A stretch of 64,000 nucleotides of DNA from an uncultured Chroococcidiopsis sp. (lineage in GTDB: Bacteria > Cyanobacteriota > Cyanobacteriia > Cyanobacteriales > Chroococcidiopsidaceae). Of the stretch, positions 9,644 to 20,294 are shown one piece after another (position 1 is the first letter of the stretch; each line of letters begins with the position of its first letter). The notes below the pieces were generated by a model. The model had not been told where the DNA came from and made no database searches. It saw only the letters and a list, made by a program, of their open reading frames with translations. The stretch is from assembly GCA_964248365.1 (NCBI GenBank), contig CAXTYC010000005.1, positions 32,001 through 96,000 of the forward strand. The letters are read 5' to 3'. The translations under genes and the position numbers were made by a program.

Positions 9644-11163
9644 AAAACCTCAATTTAATTCTTAAGCGCGTATTTTCTCAGACCTAATTGTTTTCTAGAT
9701 CTGGGCTAACTCTAAGAGTAAATTAGCGTATGCTGCTTTTATTCTGGGCTTTTTGTATTCATAACCAAAAATCAAATTGCTCGATAATACTAATTTTTTA
9801 TTTGGGCATCTATATATAAATTCTTAGTTATATATAGCTTAATATTGCCAGATTTACAAGTAAAACTCAAAACATCATTAGGTGAAATTCAATTGCTTTT
9901 CTCTAGACCGTATTTAACTTTTACTTACTTAATTATTAACCGATTAATTCTATTTTAAACATCCTACCTGAGAATTAATTTTAAAAAAAAATAATTACTT
10001 AACCCATTTAAATATACTTTTCCTTAATGATACAATATTAAATTAGCTTTTTAATATTCATTGAACATAACATTTAAAATTGTACTCTACCAGCAAATTT
10101 TAGGCTTTGAACACTAACAATATTTTGTCCATTTCTGGGCTGAAATATTGTGATTGGCTAAATTTATTTAAAACTCAATTACAGCCAGGAAAAGCTAATG
10201 AGTTTGTTTGACTTGAGCCAACACACTATTAGAAAATTTTTAAACCTACTTTAAAGCTTTCTTTGGTAACGCATTGAGTCCAAACACACTTACGGTTATA
10301 GTGTGTAGATTAACTCGCTTTACCGCACCCACTTTTGCCAAGTTCAACTTAGCAGTCATAGCAGAAGAATCGCAGCTAAAGTATTCTTGGTAGTTTGCTT
10401 CATAGCTATTGAATTCCTATTCCACCTTGATTAGCGTTATTGAATTTAGGAATTCATTTGAGTAGAAACACCTTTCAAAGGCAAACTATCGACATAACAC
10501 TCCTGTTCTTTGTTTAGTACGACAACTGCTAAAACCTATAATTAGCAATCAATTAAATCCAATAAATCCAAGCAGTTGCGTTGCGAAGAATTAGATGCTT
10601 CTTGGTCAAATTCAAGTAAACTATCAATCGCTTCATCACCTCTGCTTTAGAACAGATTAGCGCCAACGCCAACTTTTTACACTGTACTTACCAGGGTAGG
10701 TAACTGGTTACTAAACTTGAGACTATCAAACAATACCACTGCTTGGAAAGTCTCAAGTGTCTACCTTATGTCTGTGTTGTGTATGATTTGTGCTATTGTT
10801 AGTATTAAAGGTACTATTACCGCTTCAATTGGAGCTATAGCAAGGCGTGGAGCAACAAGCTCGCATTTAGTGCCTAACTCAATTTTCGCAACAAAACTGC
10901 AAAAACTTTATACTCGTAATAATTATTGTTATTGTAACTTAGACTTGTAATAAGCTATACAAGATAAATTAACATTAGCCTCATTCTGAAGGTAGAAGCG
11001 ATCGCAAAACAACAAACGATATGCTTATGTCTGCAATCAATTTGCAGATTCACTTAAAAGCTTTAACGTAGGCGAGGATCTGATTGGTAACTAGTAATTG
11101 GTAGTTGGTAGTTGGTAACTGATAACTGACCACTGATAGCTGGTAACTGATAACTGCTAAGTG

Positions 11164-13785
11164 TCACCAGACTGGATTTTCCCTGAGTAAAGCCTCCACT
11201 GCTTCGCATTCTAGTGGTTGAGAGAAAAAGTGTCCTTGCCCATACTCACATTGCAAAGCTCTAAGTTTTGCTAACTGTGCGGCTGTTTCCACCCCTTCCG
11301 CTGTCACATCTAGGTCTAACTTGTGAGCAAGTGTAATAATTGTCTCAACAATAAGTGAATTCTCTTGAGCGGTTGCCATCTGAGAAACAAAAGAACGGTC
11401 AATCTTCAACCCATTGATCGGAAACTGGTAGAGACGACCCAAAGATGAATAGCCTGTACCAAAGTCGTCAATACACAACTGCACACCTAGCTCTCTTAAT
11501 TGCCAAAGAATTTGGGTTGCACACTCAGCCCCATCCATGATCGCGCCTTCGGTAATCTCTAACCTCAAGCTAGAAGCATCTAAGCCTGTTTGCTGCAAAA
11601 TTTGACCAACTTGGTCGATCAAAAGCGGTTGATTAAATTGTTTTCCAGAAAGATTTACACTGATAGTCAAAGGAGTTGCTGTGGGTAGCTGTAATTGCCA
11701 TTGACGCAGATGGGAGCAGGCTGTTTCAAGTACCCATTCACAGATACGAACAATTAGTCCGGCTTCTTCTGCTGCTGCGATAAATTGACTTGGGTTGAGA
11801 AGACCAGATTCTGGATGCTGCCAACGTATCAGTGCCTCAAAACCAACAATTTTACCAGTTTGTAGCGAGACTATCGGCTGATATTGCAAACGAAACTCTT
11901 GGCGTTCCAGAGCGTTTCTCAGATCAGTTTCTAGCTGCAAAAGTGCCACTGCCCTAGCATACATTTCTTGGTTAAATATCTGGTAGTGTGCTGAGTCTTG
12001 GCTCTTGGCTTGGTACATGGCAATATCTGCATCGCGCAGTATATCTTCAGGATTGTCATAAGCTGTAGTACTCAGGGCAATGCCAATACTGGCACAAGTG
12101 AATACTTCTTGTCCATTTAGAGCAAAGGGCAAACTAAGTGAGGCTTGTACCCGTTCGGCAACACGGATTGCGTCGCCCACATCTTCAATATCTTCAATTA
12201 AGATCGTGAATTCGTCTCCCCCCAGCCGTGCTACCGTATCTATCGGGCGCAGACACGCTTTTAACCGCACGGCGATCGCTTTGAGTAACTGATCCCCCAG
12301 CAGATGACCTAAGCTATCATTGATGATCTTGAACCGATTTAAGTCTAGAAATAGTACAGCAAATAAAAAATCCTGGTTTCGTTTAGCGTGTTCCAAGGTA
12401 AGCCCCAAACGATCCATAAATAAAACTCGGTTGGGTAAACCTGTCAGTGCATCTTGTAAAGCATTCTGCCGCAGCTGTTCCTCCATCTGCTTGCGCTCAG
12501 TCACGTCTCTGCAAATCATGTTCAGTTCAATTGCCGTCCCATCGCCGTCCAATAACAACTTACTTCGTTCCCGAACCCAGAAAACTGAACCATCTTTACG
12601 GACTTTACGCATTTCTGTTTCACTGATTAGCAACCTGTCACGAAAAAGATTAGCAACCCGCTGTTGCACCCACTGGCGATCTGGTTCATAAACAGTGTTC
12701 CAAGCAGACTTACCTATGAGTTCTTCTTTGCTATAACCCATATAGTCAGCACAAAACTGATTTACATATTTGATTGTGCCGTCGGCTGCAATAGTAATAT
12801 AAGCATCAGGAGCCAAATCATATAAGTTTTGATATTGCTTTTCACTTTCTCGCAGTGCTTCTGCTGTGGCAATTTCAGCGCTCAGACGTTGACCAAAATA
12901 AGAAGCCAACAGCGCTAGAATTAAGATGGTGACAACAGCGCTACCAATTGTAACCGCTAGCACATAATTGTCAATTCCCTCTCCCACTAGGCTTAATTTT
13001 TTCGCGCTGGGATAGTAGCTCAGTGCTGCCATTGCAATATAGTGCATCCCGTCAATGGCTGATCCCAACAGCAACGCACCACCAATCTTACGTATGCTGT
13101 CAGTGGAAACGTTAGTTTTAGCACTTGGATGAAATATTAACCACAATGCACCCAAAGATAGACTAATTGCCCACACCTGGGAGAGTATAACTAGCTGTAT
13201 GTTATGTGAAGGTTCTGCTGCCAGTATCATTGCTTGCATGGCAGTAAAGTGCATCGCAATAATGGCAAGCCCTATGAAAAAACCTCCTGATGACAACAGC
13301 TGCCACCCCAATGGTCGGCAACTAACGAGAAAAAGCCCAACGCCAGACCCTATAATTGCCACTGCCATTGAGACTAAGACAATACAGTAATTGTAGGTGA
13401 TTTTGATTGGCAGCTGATAAGCTAATATGGCAATGAAGTGCATTACCCAAATACTAATTCCCAAGGCGATCGCGCCTCCAGTTAGCCAATATTTATGCGC
13501 TAACTTCTTCGCTACTATAACTTGCCCAGCTAGATCCAATGCTGTATACGAACCAAATACTGCGATTACAAGTGATAGACAAACCAAGCGCAGGTCGTAG
13601 GTAACGCTGAAGGCTTTGCCTATCTGGGTTATTTGTTTAACAGCATTTGGTTGTATTGCTGCTACATTTAAATTTATCAAATTCGCACTTACTAGGAACG
13701 GGTTGAAAGAACACATCTGTAGGAAAACAGATAAATTAGAAAAATCCCTTGCTACCCATTTCAAAATCTCAAGTCCCAAATCCAA
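11164..13785 (-). CDS. MHYT-PAS-GGDEF-EAL c-di-GMP signalling protein
   Basis: Three MH(F/Y) TM repeats (VMHFIA, AMHFTA, GMHYIA), PAS/PAC, RLGGDEF, FEALIRW, IDDFGTGYSSL; start codon uncertain. Confidence 0.9.
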   Translation of the reverse strand: MDLGLEILKWVARDFSNLSVFLQMCSFNPFLVSANLINLNVAAIQPNAVKQITQIGKAFSVTYDLRLVCLSLVIAVFGSYTALDLAGQVIVAKKLAHKYWLTGGAIALGISIWVMHFIAILAYQLPIKITYNYCIVLVSMAVAIIGSGVGLFLVSCRPLGWQLLSSGGFFIGLAIIAMHFTAMQAMILAAEPSHNIQLVILSQVWAISLSLGALWLIFHPSAKTNVSTDSIRKIGGALLLGSAIDGMHYIAMAALSYYPSAKKLSLVGEGIDNYVLAVTIGSAVVTILILALLASYFGQRLSAEIATAEALRESEKQYQNLYDLAPDAYITIAADGTIKYVNQFCADYMGYSKEELIGKSAWNTVYEPDRQWVQQRVANLFRDRLLISETEMRKVRKDGSVFWVRERSKLLLDGDGTAIELNMICRDVTERKQMEEQLRQNALQDALTGLPNRVLFMDRLGLTLEHAKRNQDFLFAVLFLDLNRFKIINDSLGHLLGDQLLKAIAVRLKACLRPIDTVARLGGDEFTILIEDIEDVGDAIRVAERVQASLSLPFALNGQEVFTCASIGIALSTTAYDNPEDILRDADIAMYQAKSQDSAHYQIFNQEMYARAVALLQLETDLRNALERQEFRLQYQPIVSLQTGKIVGFEALIRWQHPESGLLNPSQFIAAAEEAGLIVRICEWVLETACSHLRQWQLQLPTATPLTISVNLSGKQFNQPLLIDQVGQILQQTGLDASSLRLEITEGAIMDGAECATQILWQLRELGVQLCIDDFGTGYSSLGRLYQFPINGLKIDRSFVSQMATAQENSLIVETIITLAHKLDLDVTAEGVETAAQLAKLRALQCEYGQGHFFSQPLECEAVEALLRENPVW

Positions 13786-14007
13786 AATGGTATAACCTCC
13801 ATGCTGTCTGCTTCTGGTGGGGTAGATGATTTAATCACTCAATATCTATTTTTTAATAATAAGCAGATACTTTGCTTGTATGAACATATACAAGCTCTTA
13901 TTAGAATCGCATTGAGTATTTAGTTGTTCGCCTTCAAAAAGGTAGAAATTTTAACCATGCTCCCACCTTACTCTGGTTGGAGCAAAATCAAGTGTCAAAA
14001 GAAAGAT

Positions 14008-15576
14008 TTATTTTTGTTGCCATAAATTTTGCAACGCTGGTATCAAATACTGTGTCAAAGTAAAAGCATCCACACCCAATTGTGTCCGCTCCCCAGCTGC
14101 TAAAATTCCAGCTTGAGAGTGCCACATGGCAGCAGTTGCTACAATCGCTTCTAAGGATATATGCTGGGAGGTAGCTGGGGCTACCAGTCCGCCCAGTAAA
14201 CCAGTTAAAACATCTCCACTTCCACCCCTCGCCAAAGCAGGCGTACTTTCGGGATTAATCCAAACAGAACCAGATGGATCGGATATCGCTGTTCTTGCAC
14301 CCTTCAACAATACTACAGCCCCACTCATCTGCGCTGCCGATCTAACTGCACTCACTCTATCTTTCATTGGATCAGGTGCATCGGGAAATAGACGCTTAAA
14401 CTCACCTGTATGAGGTGTGAGAACTGTTGGTGCTTGTCTTTGGGTAATGGTGGGGATTGTTCCCAATTTTGCCAAAATATTCAAACCATCGGCATCGAGA
14501 ATGAGGGGGCGATCGCACTTTAAAACTTGTTGTATTATAGGCGTTGCCTCAATTGTTAAACCAGGTCCACAAGCGATCGCACTAAATGAACTTAAATCAG
14601 TACCATCTGGTAAATTTAAATGAGCGATCGCGCCGTTTTCTGTCTCTGGACAACCCACTACCAACGCCTCTGGTAGTTGAGCATTTAACATTAATTTGAT
14701 CGAATCTGGCACGGCAATTGAAAGCATCCCCACACCGCTAGATCTAGCTCCTAGTGCGGCGAGAATCGCACCTCCCGCATACCGCCTGGAACCACAAATT
14801 AGTAAAAGATGCCCTTGTTTGTATTTGTGAGTAACTGGGGGACGGGGTATAGGAAGAGTTGGGATCGCGTTACTGCGCGTGATCCGCCTAATTTTCGGCT
14901 CTTTCAGTACCGCCTGCACATCGGATTCGGGAATACCAAAATCTATCAGTTCAGCTTTGCCAACGTATTCTAATGCCCAGTCTTGCAGCAAACCTACCTT
15001 CCACAACCCTAAGCAAAATGTCTGCGTTGCCCGTACCGCTGTTCCCAGCACTTCACCAGTATCTGTATGTATACCAGAAGGTACATCTATACTAATAATA
15101 GGCAAAGACCAAGAATTGAGTTGATTTATTGCAGCAGCAATAGGATCGGTAAGCGTTCTTTCTAACCCAAACCCAAATAACCCATCAATCAGCAAATCAC
15201 ACTCTTGCAAAGGTTCAATTTCGTCAAAACTGGGAATACCCAAATTATTAGCATAAGAGGCGTGTTGGGAAGTTAATTCTTTTAACTTGGAGAAAGGACA
15301 ATATAGCAAGACTTGATAGCCTTGAAAGTGCAATTCACGGGCAACTACTAAGGCATCGCCTCCATTATGTCCAGGTCCTACCAAAATTCCTACCCGCTGC
15401 TTGGGTGAAGAGGGATAAAGCAAGCATACTTGTCGGGCGATTAACCCCCCTACCTTTTCCATCAAAGCCGCAACTGGCATCCCAGCAGCAAATATCCGCG
15501 CTTCAATATCACGCATCTGCTCGGCTGTTACTACAACTTGCTCAATTTCTTCGCTGCGTTTCTGAGTTTGTGCCAA
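14008..15576 (-). CDS. nnr: Bifunctional NAD(P)H-hydrate epimerase/dehydratase
   Basis: GPGHNGGDA, DGLFGFG, DVPSG, HKYKQG, TPHTGEF, ARGGSGDVL. Confidence 0.93.
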   Translation of the reverse strand: MAQTQKRSEEIEQVVVTAEQMRDIEARIFAAGMPVAALMEKVGGLIARQVCLLYPSSPKQRVGILVGPGHNGGDALVVARELHFQGYQVLLYCPFSKLKELTSQHASYANNLGIPSFDEIEPLQECDLLIDGLFGFGLERTLTDPIAAAINQLNSWSLPIISIDVPSGIHTDTGEVLGTAVRATQTFCLGLWKVGLLQDWALEYVGKAELIDFGIPESDVQAVLKEPKIRRITRSNAIPTLPIPRPPVTHKYKQGHLLLICGSRRYAGGAILAALGARSSGVGMLSIAVPDSIKLMLNAQLPEALVVGCPETENGAIAHLNLPDGTDLSSFSAIACGPGLTIEATPIIQQVLKCDRPLILDADGLNILAKLGTIPTITQRQAPTVLTPHTGEFKRLFPDAPDPMKDRVSAVRSAAQMSGAVVLLKGARTAISDPSGSVWINPESTPALARGGSGDVLTGLLGGLVAPATSQHISLEAIVATAAMWHSQAGILAAGERTQLGVDAFTLTQYLIPALQNLWQQK

Positions 15577-15634
15577 AGCTCTATCCCAAAGTTCACACTT
15601 CTAGAATATAACTGGTAGTTGGTAGTTGGTATTT

Positions 15635-16330
15635 TTACTGTCCATAATAAACTTGTGCTTTTCTTACCCCAGAAGCCTTTAAGTAGCGTTTCCAGTTTTC
15701 AGCTTGTTTTCGATTGAGAAATGGTCCTAATCTAATATGCGATCGCGGCTGAGCTTTTTGGCTAATGGTAATTGGCATCCCCATTTTTAGTTGGTTTACT
15801 TCGTTTTCAATTGCGGCTAATTTCTCTGGCTTTGCCGGAATCACAACAAAATAAAATTTGCTAACAAAGTCTATGTCTTTTCCAGTAGTAAGACTAACAA
15901 TCCGTGCATCAATACCATTAAATTCCAGTTTGTAAGCTAGACTTTGAGCGTTAGAGTTTTGGCTAAAAACACCTGCTTGGATTACCGAATGTCCTTGGTA
16001 CTGGCGCACGAAAGCTGTTGGTTCTAGCTGCTGCACTTGTTGCAGGCGGGGTGCGCTATCTTCATTGATATAAACTAAGTAGCTTTCAGGCTTAGCGACA
16101 GGTATTGCTGACTGCTTTGGTGGTGGTGCTGGTAGTGTTGGCTGTACTTGAAAGTCAACTTCGCGGGGAGTAAATGAAGTTGTGGGTGATTTAGGCGATC
16201 GCGCAAAAGCATTTGTTGCTAAACTTAACCATCCCCCCAATGCCAGTATTATAAATGTCGTCCTAGTCAGCCAAAGCGTGATTTGAGCAGAAAATCTGGC
16301 AAACGTTAACGATTGATTTTGCTGCTTCAT
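15635..16330 (-). CDS. Exported SPOR-like hypothetical protein
   Basis: N-terminal hydrophobic segment; YLVYIN..VIQAGVF and LGPF..A motifs resembling SPOR domains. Confidence 0.6.
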   Translation of the reverse strand: MKQQNQSLTFARFSAQITLWLTRTTFIILALGGWLSLATNAFARSPKSPTTSFTPREVDFQVQPTLPAPPPKQSAIPVAKPESYLVYINEDSAPRLQQVQQLEPTAFVRQYQGHSVIQAGVFSQNSNAQSLAYKLEFNGIDARIVSLTTGKDIDFVSKFYFVVIPAKPEKLAAIENEVNQLKMGMPITISQKAQPRSHIRLGPFLNRKQAENWKRYLKASGVRKAQVYYGQ

Positions 16331-16518
16331 CTTACCTGGTCTTTGTGCTTGAGATTGTGTATTGCTGAAAACACCAACATCGGCTCAATGCCTTGCTGAT
16401 ATGTAGATTTCATAACTGATCATTTATAATTCATAATTTTTGCCTTTATAAGCCCCCAAGTTACAAAATGTTAGCCTACAATAAGTGTCCTTTCCATTTT
16501 TCTGTTCATCCACGTACT

Positions 16519-17574
16519 ATGAATAAAGTCGTAGTCGGTCTTTCTGGTGGGGTTGATAGTTCTACGGCAGCCGCTATCCTACAAAATCAAGGCTATGAAG
16601 TTGTTGGTCTGACCCTTTGGCTAATGAAAGGGAAAGGTCAGTGCTGTTCAGAAGGCATGGTGGATGCAGCATATATATGTGAACAAATGGGCATTCCCCA
16701 TCATATTGTTGATATCCGAGAAGTCTTCGAGGCAAATATAGTTGATTATCTGCTAGAAGGTTACAGCAGCGGGATCACTCCTTTGCCTTGTTCACAGTGC
16801 AATAGAACTGTGAAATTTGGTCCAATGGTGCAGTATGCCCGTGAAAAACTTGGCATTGATAAAATTGCTACAGGTCACTATGCCCGAATTACTTATGATG
16901 CACAATTAGGGCGTTATCAGCTGCGACGGGCAGTAGATAGAAATAAAGATCAGTCCTACTTTTTGTATGACTTGACGCAAGATTTGTTAGCTGCGTCTAT
17001 GTTTCCGCTGGGTGAAATGCACAAAACCCAAACGCGACAGATTGCAGCTCAACACGAATTAAAGACTGCTGATAAGCCCGAAAGCCAGGATTTATGCCTA
17101 ATTGAAAGTCACGGTTCCATGAAATCTTTTCTGGACAAGTATATTACTGCCAAGAAAGGCGATATTGTTGACTCTACGGGTAAGGTATTGGGACAGCATG
17201 AAGGTGTGCATCATTATACCATAGGTCAGCGCAAAGGGCTAGGAATAGCTGCGGCTGAACCGCTATATGTAATTGGGTTGGATGCAGCAAACAATCGCGT
17301 AATTGTGGGCGATCGCACCAGTGCTACTCTGTCAGAATGTACCATACAGCGCGTTAATTGGGTGGCAATTTCTGAACCCTCAGCACCCATTCGCGCCTCA
17401 GTCCAAGTACGCTATCGTTCCCAACCTGTTGCAGTAACAGTAATTCCTTTGTCAGATTCCCGCGTCAAGCTGGTATTTGATGAACCCCAGTTTAGCATTA
17501 CCCCAGGACAAGCCGCTGTCTGGTATGAGGGGGATATAGTGCTAGGTGGCGGCATTATCGAAAGGCAAAATTAA
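16519..17574 (+). CDS. mnmA: tRNA 2-thiouridine(34) synthase MnmA
   Basis: [41 protein letters not shown]; start trimmed to MNKVVV. Confidence 0.96.
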   Translation: MNKVVVGLSGGVDSSTAAAILQNQGYEVVGLTLWLMKGKGQCCSEGMVDAAYICEQMGIPHHIVDIREVFEANIVDYLLEGYSSGITPLPCSQCNRTVKFGPMVQYAREKLGIDKIATGHYARITYDAQLGRYQLRRAVDRNKDQSYFLYDLTQDLLAASMFPLGEMHKTQTRQIAAQHELKTADKPESQDLCLIESHGSMKSFLDKYITAKKGDIVDSTGKVLGQHEGVHHYTIGQRKGLGIAAAEPLYVIGLDAANNRVIVGDRTSATLSECTIQRVNWVAISEPSAPIRASVQVRYRSQPVAVTVIPLSDSRVKLVFDEPQFSITPGQAAVWYEGDIVLGGGIIERQN

Positions 17575-17576
17575 TT

Positions 17577-17607
17577 GTAGGGTGCGTTAATTAACGCACC
17601 TTTTTTA
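17577..17607 (+). terminator. Hairpin + T-tract after mnmA (GTAG-REP-like)
   Basis: GGTGCGTTAATTAACGCACC perfect palindrome followed by TTTTTT. Confidence 0.65.
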
Positions 17608-17636
17608 TTAATAAAACGAACCGCAAAGAACGCTGT

Positions 17637-17660
17637 CGTAGGGTGGGCATTGCCCACCTT
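17637..17660. repeat. GTAG-type REP-like palindrome GTAGGGTGGGCATTGCCCACC
   Basis: Related copies at 30197-30217 and about 53759-53777. Confidence 0.7.
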
Positions 17661-17764
17661 ACCTGACATTTATAGCTGATGCAATAGAAAATCGTTATAA
17701 ATAAAATTACAAGTAAATACAGATATTTTATCTCTATATTCCTCTACGTTAAAAATATCAATTT

Positions 17765-18802
17765 ATGACTTTGGCAAAAAATATAATGATTACTCACCTA
17801 ACTGCTGAACAAGAAGCTTTGATTCCGGTTTATCTAGAAAAGTGGAGAAAACTCGGTCTATCTACTGAACCACTCGTTCGTAATAAAGCTCAAGAAACAG
17901 TAAAAATGATTTATAGCACAATCAACGAACTTGAGCCAGAGGTTATTTTTTTTAATAGTCCTTACGCAGCTGTCAATAATGTTTTAAGCCAGCGTAATAA
18001 TCGAGAATTAAGAACTAAGATATATAGTGCCTTTCATCAGAAATTATGGTATGAAATCGAGTCGAAAGTAGAAGACGAACTGTGGACTTATCTCCAAAAT
18101 TGTTTGTATAAGCCGTTATGGCGACAACTACACGCTCAACTGTCTATGTGCCTGTGGTTTAATCTAGGTTGTAAATATCAAATAGACTACCGCATAGCGC
18201 TCGGACAAGCGGCTTGTCATGGAAGTTTGTTTGATTTTTGTATTTCCGTCTTAAATTCTCCTCATGATGCAAGCACTTGGCTGTATTTTCAAACAATGGT
18301 CAAAGATTGCGATTGGATTTTCCCTTTTGAAAAGCTCTGCATGGTGTGCGATCGCCCCCGTATTCTTTCCTTTGATAATCAACAACGTCTCCACGCAGAA
18401 GGAAAACCAGCAATTTCTTTCGCTGATGGCTTTAGCGTATATGCTTATCATGGTGTAACCTTACCTGAAAAATACGGTAAATTGCACCCCAGCGAGTGGC
18501 GATCGCAATGGCTTTTAGAAGAAAAAAACGCTGAAATACGACGAGTTTTAATTCAAGGAATTGGTTACAGTCGAATTTGCCAAGAGTTGCAAGCCACCCA
18601 ATTAGATTATTGGCAAGAATACACGCTATTAAAAATATATAATGATGTCGATGTAGAAGCGATTTATCTGTTAAAAATGACTTGTCCTAGCACAGGATAT
18701 ATTCACGCCTTGCGAGTACCACCTGATATTAATTCAGCTAGACAGGCTATTTGTTGGGTAAACTGGGGAACAGATCCAGAGGAATTTTCTGTACAAACCT
18801 GA
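17765..18802 (+). CDS. DUF6745-like hypothetical protein
   Basis: LT.EQEALIPVY.EKW start, CDRPR.LSFD..RLHAEG.PAI.F.DG, MTCPSTG..HALRVPP, W.NWG.DPEEF C-terminus. Confidence 0.75.
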   Translation: MTLAKNIMITHLTAEQEALIPVYLEKWRKLGLSTEPLVRNKAQETVKMIYSTINELEPEVIFFNSPYAAVNNVLSQRNNRELRTKIYSAFHQKLWYEIESKVEDELWTYLQNCLYKPLWRQLHAQLSMCLWFNLGCKYQIDYRIALGQAACHGSLFDFCISVLNSPHDASTWLYFQTMVKDCDWIFPFEKLCMVCDRPRILSFDNQQRLHAEGKPAISFADGFSVYAYHGVTLPEKYGKLHPSEWRSQWLLEEKNAEIRRVLIQGIGYSRICQELQATQLDYWQEYTLLKIYNDVDVEAIYLLKMTCPSTGYIHALRVPPDINSARQAICWVNWGTDPEEFSVQT

Positions 18803-18838
18803 TTTATGTTAATTCCACATTGGGCAAATTAACGACTG

Positions 18839-18903
18839 GTAAGGGCAGATTGTGGTTTTACATCGTTTATATACCAAGATACAGGTTAAACCCGCCTCCC
18901 TAC
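18839..18903. repeat. ~63-bp dispersed element with terminal inverted repeats (GTAGGGGCGGGTTT...AAACCCGCCCGTAC type)
   Basis: Similar copies at 22167-22227 (inside a CDS) and 44554-44617. Confidence 0.65.
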
Positions 18904-18971
18904 GCTGATGCTGCCATATCTTGCTAACATAATGCACAGCAGTAAGAATATAAACAAAATCTAAAATAGTT

Positions 18972-20150
18972 ATGAGTTATCGAGACGGCATTCCCCCTCA
19001 CGGTGGACATTTAGTTAATCGCATTGCTAACCACACACAACGAGAAGAATTTTTAGACAAAGCCGACTTCCTACCCAGAGTTACACTTGACCAACGGGCA
19101 GTCTCTGATTTACAGATGATTGCAATTGGGGCATTTAGTCCCTTGACTGGCTTTATGGATCAAGCGAACTACGAGTCAGTTGTTGAAAATATGCGCTTGT
19201 CTAATGGTCTGCCTTGGACAATCCCGATTACACTTTCTGTAAACGAGGCAATAGCAGAGCCACTCAAGGAAGGCGGATTTATTCGTTTGGATGACTCAGA
19301 GGGAAAGTTCATTGGTGTTTTAGAACTGACTCAAAAGTATCGTTATGACAAAATTCGTGAGGCATTTAATGTTTATCGCACAGATGACGAAGCACATCCA
19401 GGCGTTCAGGTAGTCTACAACCAAGGAGACATTAATCTAGCAGGTCCTGTTTGGTTGCTGCATCGTGACCCTCATCCGCTGTTTCCAGATTACCAAATAG
19501 ACCCAGCTAAGTCCCGCGAATTATTCAAAGAAAAAGGTTGGCACACAATTGTAGGCTTCCAGACGCGCAATCCTATCCACAGAGCGCATGAATATATTAT
19601 TAAGTGCGCTTTGGAAGTTGTAGATGGTTTATTCCTGCATCCGCTAGTGGGGGTAACAAAAAGCGATGACATCGCAGCTGAAGTACGAATGCGCTGCTAT
19701 GAGATTATGCTGGAACTTTACTTTCCTGAAACGAGAGTGATTCTGGCAATTAATCCAGCTGCCATGCGCTACGCAGGTCCAAGAGAAGCAATTTTCCACG
19801 CCCTGATCCGCAAAAACTATGGCTGTACTCACTTTATTGTCGGGCGCGACCATGCCGGAGTCGGGAGTTATTATGGAACTTATGATGCCCAGCACATCTT
19901 TGATGAGTTTGAGCCAGGTGAATTGGGGATTATGCCGCTAAAGTTTGAACACGCTTTCTACTGCAAGCGCACTGACCAAATGGCAACCACAAAGACTAGT
20001 CCTAGCAGACCAGAGGAGCGAATTCATCTATCAGGAACGAAAGTACGTGAGATGTTGCGTCGGGGTGAGTTACCGCCACCGCAGTTTTCCCGCCCAGAGG
20101 TAGCAGCCGAGTTGGCAAAGGCAATGAATATTACAAATTTTGAAATTTGA
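18972..20150 (+). CDS. sat: Sulfate adenylyltransferase
   Basis: [41 protein letters not shown]. Confidence 0.96.
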   Translation: MSYRDGIPPHGGHLVNRIANHTQREEFLDKADFLPRVTLDQRAVSDLQMIAIGAFSPLTGFMDQANYESVVENMRLSNGLPWTIPITLSVNEAIAEPLKEGGFIRLDDSEGKFIGVLELTQKYRYDKIREAFNVYRTDDEAHPGVQVVYNQGDINLAGPVWLLHRDPHPLFPDYQIDPAKSRELFKEKGWHTIVGFQTRNPIHRAHEYIIKCALEVVDGLFLHPLVGVTKSDDIAAEVRMRCYEIMLELYFPETRVILAINPAAMRYAGPREAIFHALIRKNYGCTHFIVGRDHAGVGSYYGTYDAQHIFDEFEPGELGIMPLKFEHAFYCKRTDQMATTKTSPSRPEERIHLSGTKVREMLRRGELPPPQFSRPEVAAELAKAMNITNFEI

Positions 20151-20294
20151 TCCAGATGCTAACTGAGGTAAAAATTGTACTGGGTAGTTGGCAAATTCTA
20201 AATGTTAGATTTGGGTCTCTAGCAATAATCCAAAATTAAAAATCTACATTCCTGGTAGGCTGGTAGCTGATGGCTAATAGCAGTAAATGCTCAA

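Noticed and set aside
10717..10950. 77-aa + strand ORF
   Set aside because: TTG start, no RBS, no recognisable motif; unsupported
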